In this document: in pieces, positions 51,524 through 62,273 of the stretch
Layout of the letters: every line of letters starts with the position of its first letter
Position numbering within the stretch: position 1 is the stretch's first letter
From: Alphaproteobacteria bacterium
GTDB taxonomy: Bacteria > Pseudomonadota > Alphaproteobacteria > UBA828
Reading direction: 5' to 3'
Length of the DNA stretch: 64,000 nt
NCBI GenBank assembly: GCA_965214705.1
Contig: CBDCCI010000002.1
Location: forward strand, 2,880,001 to 2,944,000
Notes under the pieces: model-generated
Databases searched by the model: none
The model's input: only the letters and a program-made list of their open reading frames with translations
What the model was told of the DNA's origin: nothing
Translations under genes and position numbers: made by a program

Positions 51524-51904
51524 CTACTGCATGCTCTCGTAGGTGATCAGAGAAATGGACGCACCGTATGGATCGCGGATTTTCGCCATTCGTCCTACAC
51601 CTGGAAAATCAGCCGGTTCCTCGATGCCTTCCGCGCCGTTGTCGAGAGCGGCCTGGAAGCGCGCGTCGACGTCGTCGACGGTGATGTAGATCGTCCATGC
51701 GCCGTCCTGAACCGGGACCGGCATGAAGCCGCCGATCGGCTTCTCGCCGACCACGATGCCGGCATAGGACGAGCCGTCCTGCATCGGCATGTCGTTCACG
51801 GTCCAGCCGAGAACCGCTTCGTAGAACTTGCGAGCACCGGCCGGGTCGCTGCCGCTGTGTTGAATCCAGCTCGCTGCGCCGTGCGTATGCATGGGATTGG
51901 ACAT
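51524..51904 (-). CDS. VOC family protein
   Basis: FYEAVLGW, WTIYITVDDVD, RDPYGA. Confidence 0.85.
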   Translation of the reverse strand: MSNPMHTHGAASWIQHSGSDPAGARKFYEAVLGWTVNDMPMQDGSSYAGIVVGEKPIGGFMPVPVQDGAWTIYITVDDVDARFQAALDNGAEGIEEPADFPGVGRMAKIRDPYGASISLITYESMQ

Positions 51905-51963
51905 CGGTTCCTCCTCGGGGTTTCCTCTTCGATGACCCAAGGACGAATGCCGCTTGACGAATC

Positions 51964-53250
51964 CTACACCGGTGCTGATTCTTTCTGCCCTCGATTGCAC
52001 AGTCCCATCTGCTCACGGATGTAATCGGCTTCCTGTCCGGTGGGTTCGAGCTGCAGCGCTCGTTCGTAGGCTGCTGCCGCCTGTTGCGGGTATCCGGCTT
52101 CCTTCAGCAACGAGGCTCGGGTCGTGTGGAAGTATAGATAGCTTGCAAGCGTCTCGGACAGCGGGGCCAGGTGGTGCAGCCCGGCCTGCGCGTCCCTGAC
52201 CTTGGACAACGCCACGGCCCGGTTGAGCGAGACCACCGGCGAAGGCTGAACCTGTTCCAGGGCGGCGTACAGCGTCTCTATCTCTTGCCAGTCGGTTGTA
52301 TTGGCGGTCTCGGCAGTACAATGCACTGCCGCAATGGCAGCCTGAATCTGGTAAGGTCCGGGGCGCCCGTGGCGCAGCGCCTTTTGCAACAGGACGCGCC
52401 CCTCCGAGATTTCCTGCCGGTTCCAGAGGGTCCTGTCCTGTCGGTCCAGCGGAACCAGGCTGTAGTCAGCGTCGATCCGCGCCTTCCGTCGGGAATGCTG
52501 AAACAGGAATAGCGCAAGAAGCCCCATGACCTCGGCCTGAGAGGGATAGAGCGCCAGCAGCAGCCTGACCAGGCGGATGGCCTCCTCGGAGAGTTCCGCA
52601 CGAATGTGCACATCGCCGCCACTTGCAGAGTATCCCTCGCTGAACAGCAGGTAGGCCACGACGCAGACCGCATCGAGCCGGGCAGCACGCTCATGCAGGC
52701 TGGGCACGTCCAGCCGGGCGGCGACCGCCGAAGCTCTCTTCTTGGCCCGGGTGATGCGCTGCTCCATGGCCTTCGGCTTGACGACGAAGCCCCGGGCGAT
52801 TCTCTCCACGGAAAATCCGGCGATGACCTTCAGCGCAAGTGCGAGTTGGTCCTGAAGGCTCAGTTCCGGATGGCAACACATGAACATCAGCCGAAGCACG
52901 TCGTCGCGGAGCTCGGACATGTCGATCCGGTCGGCCAGGTCGGCTTCGACGTTGTCGGCCTCCCCGGAATTCTCCGGCAGAGTGTCGCTGTAGGCGATCC
53001 GCTTGTCTCGACGCATGCGGTCTATGACCGAATTGCGTCCCGTCACCAGCAGCCAGGCTGCGGGATCGCCCGGCAAACCGGCAGAAGGCCAGCGCTCCAG
53101 CGCACGCACGCACGCCTCCTGATAGGCCTCTTCGGCCATGTCGAGATCGGAAAACCGCCGCATCAGTCCCGCGACGACGCGCGGCTTGGCCATGACCAGG
53201 TGAGCGGCGAATTCGCCTTGCCGCTGCATCCGGTCAGCTGCCTCCATCAC
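51964..53250 (-). CDS. ECF sigma factor with C-terminal TPR extension (ECF42-like)
   Basis: DDVLRLMFMCCHP, QRITRAK, LFSEGY, GPYQIQAAIAAVH, LNRAVA. Confidence 0.85.
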   Translation of the reverse strand: MMEAADRMQRQGEFAAHLVMAKPRVVAGLMRRFSDLDMAEEAYQEACVRALERWPSAGLPGDPAAWLLVTGRNSVIDRMRRDKRIAYSDTLPENSGEADNVEADLADRIDMSELRDDVLRLMFMCCHPELSLQDQLALALKVIAGFSVERIARGFVVKPKAMEQRITRAKKRASAVAARLDVPSLHERAARLDAVCVVAYLLFSEGYSASGGDVHIRAELSEEAIRLVRLLLALYPSQAEVMGLLALFLFQHSRRKARIDADYSLVPLDRQDRTLWNRQEISEGRVLLQKALRHGRPGPYQIQAAIAAVHCTAETANTTDWQEIETLYAALEQVQPSPVVSLNRAVALSKVRDAQAGLHHLAPLSETLASYLYFHTTRASLLKEAGYPQQAAAAYERALQLEPTGQEADYIREQMGLCNRGQKESAPV

Positions 53251-53614
53251 CTGGTTTCTCGATCGTGCCGCCGCCCCAGCCTACCGGACGCACCTCATAG
53301 GCGGCGAGGCCTTGCGGCAGCTTCTTCGCCTGCTTGACGGCATCCTCGATACTGTCGCACTCAAGAATATAGAGCCCGAGCAGCTGTTCCTTGGTCTCGG
53401 CAAACGGACCGTCGAGAACGAGCACGCCGTCGCCCCGCTTCCTGACCGTCACCGCAGTGGACGTGCCCATCAATCTGGCGACGGCCCCGAGAGTGCCCTT
53501 TGCGCCATGTTCCCGCTGCAGCTCGCGATGTCGCTCCATCGCAGCTTCCTGCTCTTCTTCCGGCAGGCGATCGAATAGACCTTCCATCCCGTAAATCAAT
53601 ATTGCGTACTGCAT
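53234..53614 (-). CDS. YciI/DGPF family protein
   Basis: DGPFAETKEQL, EVRP; the usual ECF42 partner. Confidence 0.88.
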   Translation of the reverse strand: MQYAILIYGMEGLFDRLPEEEQEAAMERHRELQREHGAKGTLGAVARLMGTSTAVTVRKRGDGVLVLDGPFAETKEQLLGLYILECDSIEDAVKQAKKLPQGLAAYEVRPVGWGGGTIEKPGDGGS

Positions 53615-53779
53615 CGTTCGCTCCCCCGTGCGGCAGTCTCACTATAGACGTTCGAGATGCCGCAAGTCCGACACGGCTTGCCCATTCAGTCGGCACCTCC
53701 TTCAGGTGGCCCGCGCCCTCTTCACTGGAAGGAGTACGATGCTCGGCGTTTCTGCAATGTCCAGCGATTGGGCGAACCG

Positions 53780-54009
53780 GCAAAGGCGTGCCGCAATTCC
53801 AGCCAACATCTGTTCGAGCTTCGGCTCGGCGCGTCGAATGCGTCGTGCTGGGAGGTGAGCCGGCAAGCACACTGATCGGTTATGCGAACAACGTCGGCGC
53901 CGATCTCATCGTCATGGGGTACCGCGGCCGCATGGAGGGGCTCGTCATCGACAGCGTCTCCACGAAGCTGACGAGCCACGCAAACTGCGCGGTGCTGACA
54001 GTCAAGTAG
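53780..54009 (+). pseudogene. Universal stress protein C-terminal remnant
   Basis: GEPASTLIGYA..ADLIVMGYRG..SVSTKL..CAVLTVK, with no intact N-terminus. Confidence 0.65.
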
Positions 54010-54019
54010 GGAGGGCCGC

Positions 54020-54352
54020 GTGACGGATTGGACGGCCGCTCGCGAGCGACTGGAGCGCCGGCGCTCAGAACCGCGCGAATCGCTCGCGCACTATCAGCGC
54101 GATCTGCGGACCACCCACAACGCCGACTGGGAGGAGCGGGCGGTGGAAGCCCAGGGCGATGAGGTCCTCGAAGGTTTGGAAACGTCCGCGCTGCACGAGA
54201 TCGAACAGATCGATGCCGCCATCAAGAGAATCGAGCTCGTGACTTGCGGCGAACGCCGGGTCTACGGCGAGCCCATCGGCAGGCGGCGGCTCGACGCTCT
54301 GCCTTATGCCGTGAGCTGCGTCCGCTGTGCCGGCTCCGCCACCGGCGGTTGA
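54020..54352 (+). CDS. TraR/DksA family protein with degenerate zinc finger
   Basis: DWEERA, IDAAIKRI, GEPI..RLDALP..CVRC; the first CxxC is eroded. Confidence 0.7.
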   Translation: MTDWTAARERLERRRSEPRESLAHYQRDLRTTHNADWEERAVEAQGDEVLEGLETSALHEIEQIDAAIKRIELVTCGERRVYGEPIGRRRLDALPYAVSCVRCAGSATGG

Positions 54353-54462
54353 GCACGAAGCTCGACGGCGCACGTCTTCGATCCGGGCGAATCACCACAA
54401 GGCGGTGAGCGGCTGGCGAGGGCGTCGTTTGTGGCTGGGCAACGAATGGCAGACTGCCGCTC

Positions 54463-54476
54463 TTGATCGAAGTCAA
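54463..54476. promoter_or_regulatory. FNR/FixK box upstream of ccoN
   Basis: TTGAT-CGAA-GTCAA. Confidence 0.75.
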
Positions 54477-54666
54477 CCATCCGAAAGTTCGATCGGGTAA
54501 GAACTTGCGCTATGACCGATAGGCCGCCGTGCCCAGGCTTGTCGTGCGGACGGCACGCGGGTCAATTCCCGATGGAGCCGGGATCGCGCTTTGGCTAGCA
54601 TTGACGGGCGTCGGATCGAGACCGCCCGGTCACCGGGATCGGCCCGGCGGCCCTACAGGGGGTAGC

Positions 54667-56133
54667 GTGGCGGACGCGGACACCGTTGCGGGAGAGCGAT
54701 ACAACGAGACGGTGGTGCGGTGCTGCACCGTCGCCACCGTGTTCTGGGGCGTGGTCGGCTTCCTGGTCGGTCTCTATCTTGCGCTTGAGCTCGCCTTCCC
54801 CGTCCTCAATTTCGACCTGCCGTGGCTGAGCTTCGGGCGCCTGCGCCCGGTGCACACCTCGGCGGTGATCTTCGCCTTCGGCGGCAACGCGCTGCTCGCG
54901 ACTTCCTTCTACGTGGTGCAGCGGACCTGCAGGGCGCGGCTTTGGGGCGGGCCGCTCGCGATGTTCGTCTTCGTCGGCTACCAGATCTTCATTTGCCTCG
55001 CCGCAAGCGGCTACTTGCTTGGCTACACGCAGAGCAAGGAATACGCCGAGCCCGAGTGGTACACGGACGCCTGGCTCACGCTGGTCTGGGTGGTCTACCT
55101 CGCGGTCTTCCTGGGCACGCTGATCAAGCGCAAGGAGCCGCACATCTACGTCGCGAACTGGTTCTTCCTCGCCTTCATCGTGACCGTCGCGATGCTGCAC
55201 ATCGTGAACGGGCTGAGCTGGCCGGTCTCCTTCCTCGGCACCAAGAGCTACTCGATGTTCGCGGGCGTGCAGGACGCGCTGACCCAGTGGTGGTACGGCC
55301 ACAATGCCGTGGGCTTCTTCCTGACCGCGGGCTTCCTCGGCATGATGTACTACTTCGTGCCCAAGCGCGCCGAGCGGCCTGTCTATTCCTACCGGCTCTC
55401 CATCGTCCACTTCTGGTCGCTGATCTTCCTCTACATCTGGGCGGGGCCCCACCACCTGCACTACACGGCGCTGCCGGATTGGGCGCAGACGCTGGGCATG
55501 ACCTTCTCGGTCATGCTGTGGATGCCGTCCTGGGGCGGAATGATCAACGGCATCATGACCCTCTCCGGCGCGTGGCATAAGCTCCGCACCAACCCGGTGC
55601 TGCGCATGATGGTCACGGCGGTCGCCTTCTACGGCATGAGCACCTTCGAGGGGCCGCTCATGTCCATCAAGGCGGTCAACGCGCTCAGCCACTACACCGA
55701 CTGGACCATCGGCCACGTGCATTCCGGCGCGCTCGGCTGGGTCGCCTTCATCACCTTCGGCGCGGTCTACATGCTGGTGCCGGCGCTCTGGAATCGCCCG
55801 CGCCTCTACTCGATGAAGCTCGTCAGCGTGCATTTCTGGATCGCCACCATCGGGATCGTCTTCTACATCTCCGCGATGTGGGTCTCCGGCATCATGCAGG
55901 GGCTGATGTGGCGCGCCTACGACAGCCTGGGCTTCCTGCAGTACTCCTTCGCCGAGACCGTCGACGCGATGCACCCCTTCTACGTAATCCGCGCGCTGGG
56001 CGGGCTCCTCTTCGTGATCGGCGCGCTGGTCATGGTCTACAACCTGTGGCGGACGATGCGGGGCGACATCCGCGCGTCCGAGCCCCTCGAAGAGCCGCGT
56101 CCCGCCCCGGTCGCCGCCGGCGCGCCGGCGTGA
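54667..56133 (+). CDS. ccoN: cbb3 cytochrome c oxidase subunit I
   Basis: [39 protein letters not shown]. Confidence 0.96.
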   Translation: MADADTVAGERYNETVVRCCTVATVFWGVVGFLVGLYLALELAFPVLNFDLPWLSFGRLRPVHTSAVIFAFGGNALLATSFYVVQRTCRARLWGGPLAMFVFVGYQIFICLAASGYLLGYTQSKEYAEPEWYTDAWLTLVWVVYLAVFLGTLIKRKEPHIYVANWFFLAFIVTVAMLHIVNGLSWPVSFLGTKSYSMFAGVQDALTQWWYGHNAVGFFLTAGFLGMMYYFVPKRAERPVYSYRLSIVHFWSLIFLYIWAGPHHLHYTALPDWAQTLGMTFSVMLWMPSWGGMINGIMTLSGAWHKLRTNPVLRMMVTAVAFYGMSTFEGPLMSIKAVNALSHYTDWTIGHVHSGALGWVAFITFGAVYMLVPALWNRPRLYSMKLVSVHFWIATIGIVFYISAMWVSGIMQGLMWRAYDSLGFLQYSFAETVDAMHPFYVIRALGGLLFVIGALVMVYNLWRTMRGDIRASEPLEEPRPAPVAAGAPA

Positions 56134-56143
56134 GGGGGCTGCG

Positions 56144-56890
56144 ATGAGCCTGCACCGGGTCATCGAGCGTCACTCCTTCCTCATGCTCGTGCTGATCCTC
56201 GTCACGGTCGCCATCGGCGGCATCGTCGAGATCGTGCCGCTGTTCACGCTGGAGAGCACGGTGCCGAAGGTGAAGGGGGTGCGCCCCTATTCGCCGCTGG
56301 AGCTCGCGGGCCGCAACATCTACGTGCGCGAGGGCTGCTACGTCTGCCACAGCCAGATGGTGCGGCCCTTCCGCGACGAGGTGGAGCGCTACGGCCACTA
56401 CTCGCTCGCGGCGGAGAGCATGTACGACCACCCCTTCCAGTGGGGATCGAAGCGCACGGGCCCCGATCTCGCGCGCGTCGGCGGGCGCTACTCCAACGAC
56501 TGGCACGTCGCGCATTTTCTGGATCCGCGCGCCGTCGTGCCGGAATCGGTCATGCCGGGCTACGGCTATCTCGCCGAGTGGGAGCTCGGCTACGACGACA
56601 TCGCGGCGCATCTGGAGACCAACCGCCATGTTGGCGTGCCCTACACCGACGAGATGATCGCGAACGCGGCGGACGACCTCGCCGTCCAGGCCGATCCCGA
56701 CGGCGACCACGACGAGCTTCTCGAACGCTACCCGAAGGCGGTGGTGGGCGATTTCGACGGCGACCCCGACGTCCTGAGCGAGATGGACGCGATCATCGCC
56801 TACCTGCAGATGCTCGGCACGCTGGTCGACTTCACCAGCTACCGCCCCGAGTACCTCGATGCCGCGGCCGGGCAGGAGATGGGCGAATGA
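56144..56890 (+). CDS. ccoO: cbb3 oxidase subunit II
   Basis: [20 protein letters not shown]. Confidence 0.96.
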   Translation: MSLHRVIERHSFLMLVLILVTVAIGGIVEIVPLFTLESTVPKVKGVRPYSPLELAGRNIYVREGCYVCHSQMVRPFRDEVERYGHYSLAAESMYDHPFQWGSKRTGPDLARVGGRYSNDWHVAHFLDPRAVVPESVMPGYGYLAEWELGYDDIAAHLETNRHVGVPYTDEMIANAADDLAVQADPDGDHDELLERYPKAVVGDFDGDPDVLSEMDAIIAYLQMLGTLVDFTSYRPEYLDAAAGQEMGE

Positions 56891-57039
56891 TCGAGGCGCT
56901 GCAGGCCTGGTGGTCGGTCGTCCTGCTGGTGGTCTTTCTCGCCATCATCGGCTGGGTCTTCTGGCCGCGGCACAAGAAGCGGCTGGAGAACCACGGCACG
57001 ATCCCGCTGCGCGACGGCGCACCGCCGGAGGAGCGCTGA
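56887..57039 (+). CDS. ccoQ: cbb3 oxidase subunit CcoQ
   Basis: Small single-[19 protein letters not shown] between ccoO and ccoP. Confidence 0.85.
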   Translation: MIEALQAWWSVVLLVVFLAIIGWVFWPRHKKRLENHGTIPLRDGAPPEER

Positions 57040-57042
57040 GCC

Positions 57043-57927
57043 GTGGCGGACGAGCGCGAGAGGGACGAGGTCACGGGGGTCGAGGTCACGGGGGTCGAGA
57101 CCACCGGCCACGAGTGGGACGGGATCAAGGAGCTCAACAACCCGCTGCCGCGCTGGTGGCTCTACATCCTCTACGCGACCATCGTGTTTGCGCTCATCTG
57201 GTGGGTGCTGTTCCCGGCATGGCCCACGGTCGAGACATATTCCAAGGGCGTGCTCGGCTGGTCGCGCCACCAGCAGTTCGACGAGGAAGTGGCCGCGGCC
57301 CGCGCCAGGCAGGCGACCTACCTGAACCGCATCGCCGAGCTGGAGGTCGGCGAGATCGCGGAGACGCCGGAGCTCAGGGCGTTCGCGATGGCGGGCGGGC
57401 GCTCGGCCTTCGCCGTCAATTGCTCGCAGTGTCACGGCAGCGGCGCCGCCGGCGCACCCGGATACCCCAACCTTAACGACGACGACTGGCTCTGGGGCGG
57501 CGACCTGGAGGCGATCGAGGAGACCATCCGCTACGGCATCCGCTCGGACCATGACGACGCCCGCTTCAACGACATGCCGGCCTTCCTCGTGGACGAGTGG
57601 CTGAGCGAGGAGCAGATCGACGACGTCGCCGAGTACGTCCTCGCCTACACGGAGCGCTCGGGCGATGCCGAGGCGGCCGCGCGCGGTGCGCCGATCTTCG
57701 AGGAGGAATGCTCCCTCTGCCACGGTGAGGAGGGCGGCGGCGATTACGACATGGGCGGGCCCAGGCTGAACGACCACATCTGGCTCTACGGCGGCGAGAA
57801 GGAGGACATCGTCCGCATGGTCTCGTACTCGCGGGGCGGCGTGATGCCGGCCTGGGAGGGGCGCCTCGACGATACCGTGATCAAGCAGCTCGCCGTCTTC
57901 GTGCACGGCCTCGGCGGCGGGGAGTGA
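57043..57927 (+). CDS. ccoP: cbb3 oxidase subunit III (diheme)
   Basis: TGHEWDGIKELNNPLPRWW, CSQCH, CSLCH. Confidence 0.95.
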   Translation: MADERERDEVTGVEVTGVETTGHEWDGIKELNNPLPRWWLYILYATIVFALIWWVLFPAWPTVETYSKGVLGWSRHQQFDEEVAAARARQATYLNRIAELEVGEIAETPELRAFAMAGGRSAFAVNCSQCHGSGAAGAPGYPNLNDDDWLWGGDLEAIEETIRYGIRSDHDDARFNDMPAFLVDEWLSEEQIDDVAEYVLAYTERSGDAEAAARGAPIFEEECSLCHGEEGGGDYDMGGPRLNDHIWLYGGEKEDIVRMVSYSRGGVMPAWEGRLDDTVIKQLAVFVHGLGGGE

Positions 57928-57944
57928 GGCCCGGCGGAGCCGCC

Positions 57945-59426
57945 ATGGCTTCCAGCAACCAGGCGCAGACGAGCGCCGTCCCCGTCGAGGATGTGGCAGC
58001 CGTCAATGCGCGAAAGAACCGTCCGCTCTACACGAAGAGGGAGCGGATCTATCCGCGCATCCCGCGCGGGCGCTACCGCACCGTCAAGTGGATCGCCATG
58101 GGGGTCACGCTCGCGATCTACTACCTCCTGCCGTGGGCCCGCTGGGAGCGTAGCGCTGGCGCGCCGGACCAGGCGGTGCTGGTCGATATCCCGGCGCGGA
58201 AGTTCTACTTCTTCGCGATCGAGATTTGGCCGCAGGAGATCTACTACTGGGCCGGCCTGCTGATCCTGGCCGCGCTCGGGCTCTTTCTCGTCTCGAGCCT
58301 GCTGGGGCGCGTCTGGTGCGGCTATGCCTGCCCGCAGACCGTGTGGACCGACCTCTTTATTCATGTCGAGCGCTGGATCGAAGGCGACCGCAACGCGCGG
58401 ATGCGCCTCGACAGGGCGCCGTGGCGGGCAGCGAAGATCGTCCGCAAGGCGGCGAAGCACCTCGTCTGGATCGCCATCGGCGTCGCCACCGGGGGCGCCT
58501 GGGTCTTCTACTTCGCCGATGCGCCGACGCTCTTCTCTGAGCTCGTCCGCTTCGAGGCGGCGATCTCGGCCTACGCCACCATGGCCTTCCTCACCGCCAC
58601 GACCTACCTCTTCGCGGGCCACGCGCGGGAGCAGATCTGCACGTATGTCTGCCCCTACGCGCGCTTCCAGGCGGCCATGTTCGACGAGAACACCATGATG
58701 GTGAGCTACGATGCAGCCCGCGGCGAGCCACGCGGCAAGCACAAGGCGGGCCAGTCGTGGGAGGGCCGGGGCGACTGTGTCGACTGCAAGCTCTGCGTCG
58801 CCGTGTGCCCTGCCGGCATCGACATCCGGGACGGCCAGCAGATGGAGTGCATCAACTGCGCGCTCTGCATCGATGCGTGCAACGGCGTGATGCCCAAAGT
58901 AGGGCGGCCGCGGGGGCTGATCCGCTACGACACCCTGAGCAACCTGGAGGCGCGGGCTGCGGGCGAGTCCGCACGGGTGCGCCTCTTCCGGCCGCGCACG
59001 ATCGTCTACATGGTGCTGCTCGCCGCCGCCGCGGTCTTGATGATGGGCACGCTCTTCACCCGCGCCGACCTCGACGTGGCGGTACAGCGAGACCGCAATC
59101 CGCTCTTCGTGCAGCTCTCGGACGGCAGCATCCGGAACGGCTACACGCTGAAGGTGGCCAACAAGTCGCATGACACGCGCGCCCTTGTCCTCACGGCCTC
59201 CGGGATTACGGGTGCCCTCATCGACATGCCCGTCCAGGACGTGCAGGCTGCGACGGAGGTGCTGCTGGTCGTCGAGCCGGACGCGCTCGGCACGTTCCGT
59301 GTCTTCATTCGCGCGCAGCGGGCGGCGCTGGCGGGCAGCTCCACCGATCTCGAGTTCTCGGTCGTGGAGGAGAATGGGGGAGCGGCGGCGCGCTACGACA
59401 CGGTGTTCAGGGGGCCGGAGCCATGA
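57945..59426 (+). CDS. ccoG: Cytochrome c oxidase accessory Fe-S protein CcoG/FixG
   Basis: GRVWCGYACPQTVW, CVDCKLC, CINCALC. Confidence 0.93.
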   Translation: MASSNQAQTSAVPVEDVAAVNARKNRPLYTKRERIYPRIPRGRYRTVKWIAMGVTLAIYYLLPWARWERSAGAPDQAVLVDIPARKFYFFAIEIWPQEIYYWAGLLILAALGLFLVSSLLGRVWCGYACPQTVWTDLFIHVERWIEGDRNARMRLDRAPWRAAKIVRKAAKHLVWIAIGVATGGAWVFYFADAPTLFSELVRFEAAISAYATMAFLTATTYLFAGHAREQICTYVCPYARFQAAMFDENTMMVSYDAARGEPRGKHKAGQSWEGRGDCVDCKLCVAVCPAGIDIRDGQQMECINCALCIDACNGVMPKVGRPRGLIRYDTLSNLEARAAGESARVRLFRPRTIVYMVLLAAAAVLMMGTLFTRADLDVAVQRDRNPLFVQLSDGSIRNGYTLKVANKSHDTRALVLTASGITGALIDMPVQDVQAATEVLLVVEPDALGTFRVFIRAQRAALAGSSTDLEFSVVEENGGAAARYDTVFRGPEP

Positions 59427-59917
59427 CCGTGCAGGACCGGGCGGAGCCCCCCAAGAGCTGGTGGCAGTCGGGACGCTGGATCCCGTGGATCTTCGTCGGT
59501 GGATTCGGCGTGGTGATAGGCGCCAACGTCGCGCTGATCCTCTTTTCACTGGGAAGTTGGACCGGGCTCGAGACCACGGACGCATACCGCAAGGGGCTGG
59601 CCTACAACGACGTGCTCGCTGCGGCGGAGGCGCAGGCCGCGCGCGGCTGGGAGCACGCGATCGACTACGCGGACGAGCGGCTGGACGTCCGTCTGAGCGA
59701 CACGGACGGGCGTGGGCTGGAGGGGCTTATCGTGACGGCGACCTTCGTGCGGCCCACCCATGAGGGCGGCGATGTCCAAGTCCTGCTGGCAGCCGAGGGT
59801 GCCGGGAGCTATGGCGCCCCGGTCGCACTGCCCTATGCCGGCAACTGGGATTTGCGCCTGAGGGCCGAGGGCATCGGCGAGCCCTGGTTCGCCAGCCAGC
59901 GGCTGTGGGTTCGCTGA
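59423..59917 (+). CDS. ccoH: FixH/CcoH
   Basis: WIPWIFV..N, AYRKGLAYN, RPT, GNWDL. Confidence 0.85.
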   Translation: MTVQDRAEPPKSWWQSGRWIPWIFVGGFGVVIGANVALILFSLGSWTGLETTDAYRKGLAYNDVLAAAEAQAARGWEHAIDYADERLDVRLSDTDGRGLEGLIVTATFVRPTHEGGDVQVLLAAEGAGSYGAPVALPYAGNWDLRLRAEGIGEPWFASQRLWVR

Positions 59918-62106
59918 TGGCCTTCGCGGAGCCCCAAACTGCCGCGGGCGGTGCGTTCGCTCCCTACATCGAGACGCGGGACGGCCGCCACACGCTGCGC
60001 TTCCTGGTGGACGGCATCCACTGCGGCCAGTGCGTCTGGAAGATCGAACAGGCGCTCGTTCGCGAGCCGGGCGTGACCGCCGCACGGGTCAACCTCTCGA
60101 CCAGGCGGCTTGCGCTCACCTGGCGGGGTGCTGCGAGCGACGCGTCGCGCCTCGTCGATGCGGTGGAGCGGCTCGGCTATCGCCTCGTCGCCTACGACCC
60201 CGCTGCGCTCGACACCGGCGCGCGGCAAGAGGAGCGCGCCCTGCTGCGCGCCGTCGCCGTCGCCGGCTTCGCCACGGCCAACGTGATGCTGCTCTCAATC
60301 GCGGTCTGGGCCGGGGCGGTGCAGGACATGGGTCCGGCGACGCGGGATCTGATGCACTGGGTCTCCGCTCTCATCGCGCTGCCGGCGGTGGCCTATGCCG
60401 GGCGGCCCTTCTTCCGCGCGGCGCTCGCCGCCGTCTCCCACCGGCAGCTCACGATGGAGGTGCCGATCTCGCTCGCGGTGATCGCGGCGGCCGCCATGAG
60501 CCTGTTCGAGACCGCGTCGGGCGGCACGCACGTCTACTTCGATTCCGCTTGCGCGCTGCTCTTCTTCCTGCTCATCGGGCGTTATCTCGACCGCCGCGCG
60601 GTCGGCCGCGCGCGCTCGGCGGCGGAGCAGCTTCTGGGGCTCCGGGCACACGCCGTCACGGTGATCGACGCCGACGGGCGCGAGCGTCGGGTTGCGCCGG
60701 AACAGGTCCGCCCCGGCATGCAGGTCCTGGTCGCAGCAGGCGAGCGGATCGGGGTGGACGGCACGGTGGACGGCGCGGCCGGCACGGTCGACACCAGCCT
60801 CATCACCGGCGAGGCCGCGCCCGCGACGCTCGCGCATGGCGCCGCCGCTTACGCCGGCATGGTCAATCTCGCCGGCCCGCTCCGGCTCTCGGTGACGGCG
60901 GTGGGCAACGAGACGCTGCTGGCGGAGATCGTGCGCCTGACCGAGGCGGCGGAGGCCGAGCGCACCCGCTACCAGGCCCTCGCCGATCGATTGGCGAGCC
61001 TCTACGCACCCATCGTGCACGGGCTCAGCGTGGCGAGCTTCCTCGGCTGGTATCTGATCGGCGGGGCGGATTGGCAAGAAGCGCTGCTCATCGCCATCGC
61101 GGTGCTCATCGTCACCTGCCCCTGCGCCTTCGGGCTGGCCGTGCCCATGGTTCAGGCCGTGACCAGCGGTCGCCTGATGCGGCGGGGCATCATCGTGAAG
61201 TCCGGCACCGCGCTGGAGCGGCTGGCCCGCATCGACCAGGTGGTCCTCGACAAGACCGGCACGCTCACCTGCGGCACGCCGGTGCCCGATCTGGTCGGCA
61301 TTGCGCCCGCCGACCTCGAGATCGCGGCCTCGCTCGCCGCGGCGAGCCGCCATCCCCTGGCGCAGGCGCTCGCCCGCGCCTACGGCGCCGCGCGCCCGGC
61401 GGAGGACGTGACGGAAACGCCGGGTTACGGGCTGGAGGGCACGGTCGCTGGCACCCGCGCGCGCCTCGGCAGCCGGGCCTGGTGCGGCGTGGCGGAGGAC
61501 GACGAGGCCGCCGGGCCCGAGCTCTGGCTCGTGCGCGAGAGCCGAACGCCGGTGCACATCCCGTTCTCCGACACCCTGCGGCCCGACGCCGCTTCGGTGG
61601 TCGAGCGGATGCAGTCGCTGGGCCTGCCGGTCACGCTTCTGTCCGGCGACCGGCAGGCGACGGTCGAGAGGGTGGCCGCAACGCTCGGCCTCGATCGCTG
61701 GCGGGCCGCGTGCAAGCCCGGCGACAAGGCGGAGGCGCTCGCCCGACTCTCGCGCGAAGGCCATCGCCCCCTCATGGTCGGCGACGGGATCAATGACGCG
61801 CCGGCGCTGGCCGCGGCCTTCGTCTCGATGTCGCCGGCGAGCGCCGCGGACGTTAGCCAGGCAGCCGCCGATCTGGTGTTCCAGGGCGAGAGGCTCGCGC
61901 CCGTGGCCGAGACCATGGCGCTTGCCCGGCGCGCGGCCAGGGTGGTGTTTCAGAACTTCGCGCTCGCCTTCTCGTACAACGTCATCACCATTCCGCTGGC
62001 AATGGCGGGGCTGGTGTCGCCGCTGGTCGCGGCGATCGCGATGTCCGCGTCGTCGCTCGCGGTCGTGCTGAACGCCTTGCGCCTCGGACGGGAGGGCAGC
62101 GCATGA
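59917..62106 (+). CDS. ccoI: Copper P1B-type ATPase CcoI/FixI
   Basis: CGQC HMA domain, TGE, CPC, DKTGT, GDGINDAP. Confidence 0.93.
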   Translation: MAFAEPQTAAGGAFAPYIETRDGRHTLRFLVDGIHCGQCVWKIEQALVREPGVTAARVNLSTRRLALTWRGAASDASRLVDAVERLGYRLVAYDPAALDTGARQEERALLRAVAVAGFATANVMLLSIAVWAGAVQDMGPATRDLMHWVSALIALPAVAYAGRPFFRAALAAVSHRQLTMEVPISLAVIAAAAMSLFETASGGTHVYFDSACALLFFLLIGRYLDRRAVGRARSAAEQLLGLRAHAVTVIDADGRERRVAPEQVRPGMQVLVAAGERIGVDGTVDGAAGTVDTSLITGEAAPATLAHGAAAYAGMVNLAGPLRLSVTAVGNETLLAEIVRLTEAAEAERTRYQALADRLASLYAPIVHGLSVASFLGWYLIGGADWQEALLIAIAVLIVTCPCAFGLAVPMVQAVTSGRLMRRGIIVKSGTALERLARIDQVVLDKTGTLTCGTPVPDLVGIAPADLEIAASLAAASRHPLAQALARAYGAARPAEDVTETPGYGLEGTVAGTRARLGSRAWCGVAEDDEAAGPELWLVRESRTPVHIPFSDTLRPDAASVVERMQSLGLPVTLLSGDRQATVERVAATLGLDRWRAACKPGDKAEALARLSREGHRPLMVGDGINDAPALAAAFVSMSPASAADVSQAAADLVFQGERLAPVAETMALARRAARVVFQNFALAFSYNVITIPLAMAGLVSPLVAAIAMSASSLAVVLNALRLGREGSA

Positions 62107-62273
62107 GCATGCTCCTCTATCTCATTCCCGCCGCGGTGTTTCTCGGCCTCCTCGGCCTCGGCGCCTTTCTCTGGTCCGTGCGCTCGGGCCAGTACGACGA
62201 CCTCGACGGCGAGGCGCACCGCATCCTCTTCGACGACGAGACGCGCGACGAGCGCGAGGAAGATCAGCCATGA
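62103..62273 (+). CDS. ccoS: cbb3 maturation protein CcoS/FixS
   Basis: Manual translation MSMLLYLIP..FLWSVRSGQYDDLDGEAHRILFDD. Confidence 0.9.
   Translation: MSMLLYLIPAAVFLGLLGLGAFLWSVRSGQYDDLDGEAHRILFDDETRDEREEDQP

Noticed and set aside
57066-57099. 15-bp tandem duplication in ccoP
   Set aside because: In-frame duplication in a variable N-terminus; likely neutral
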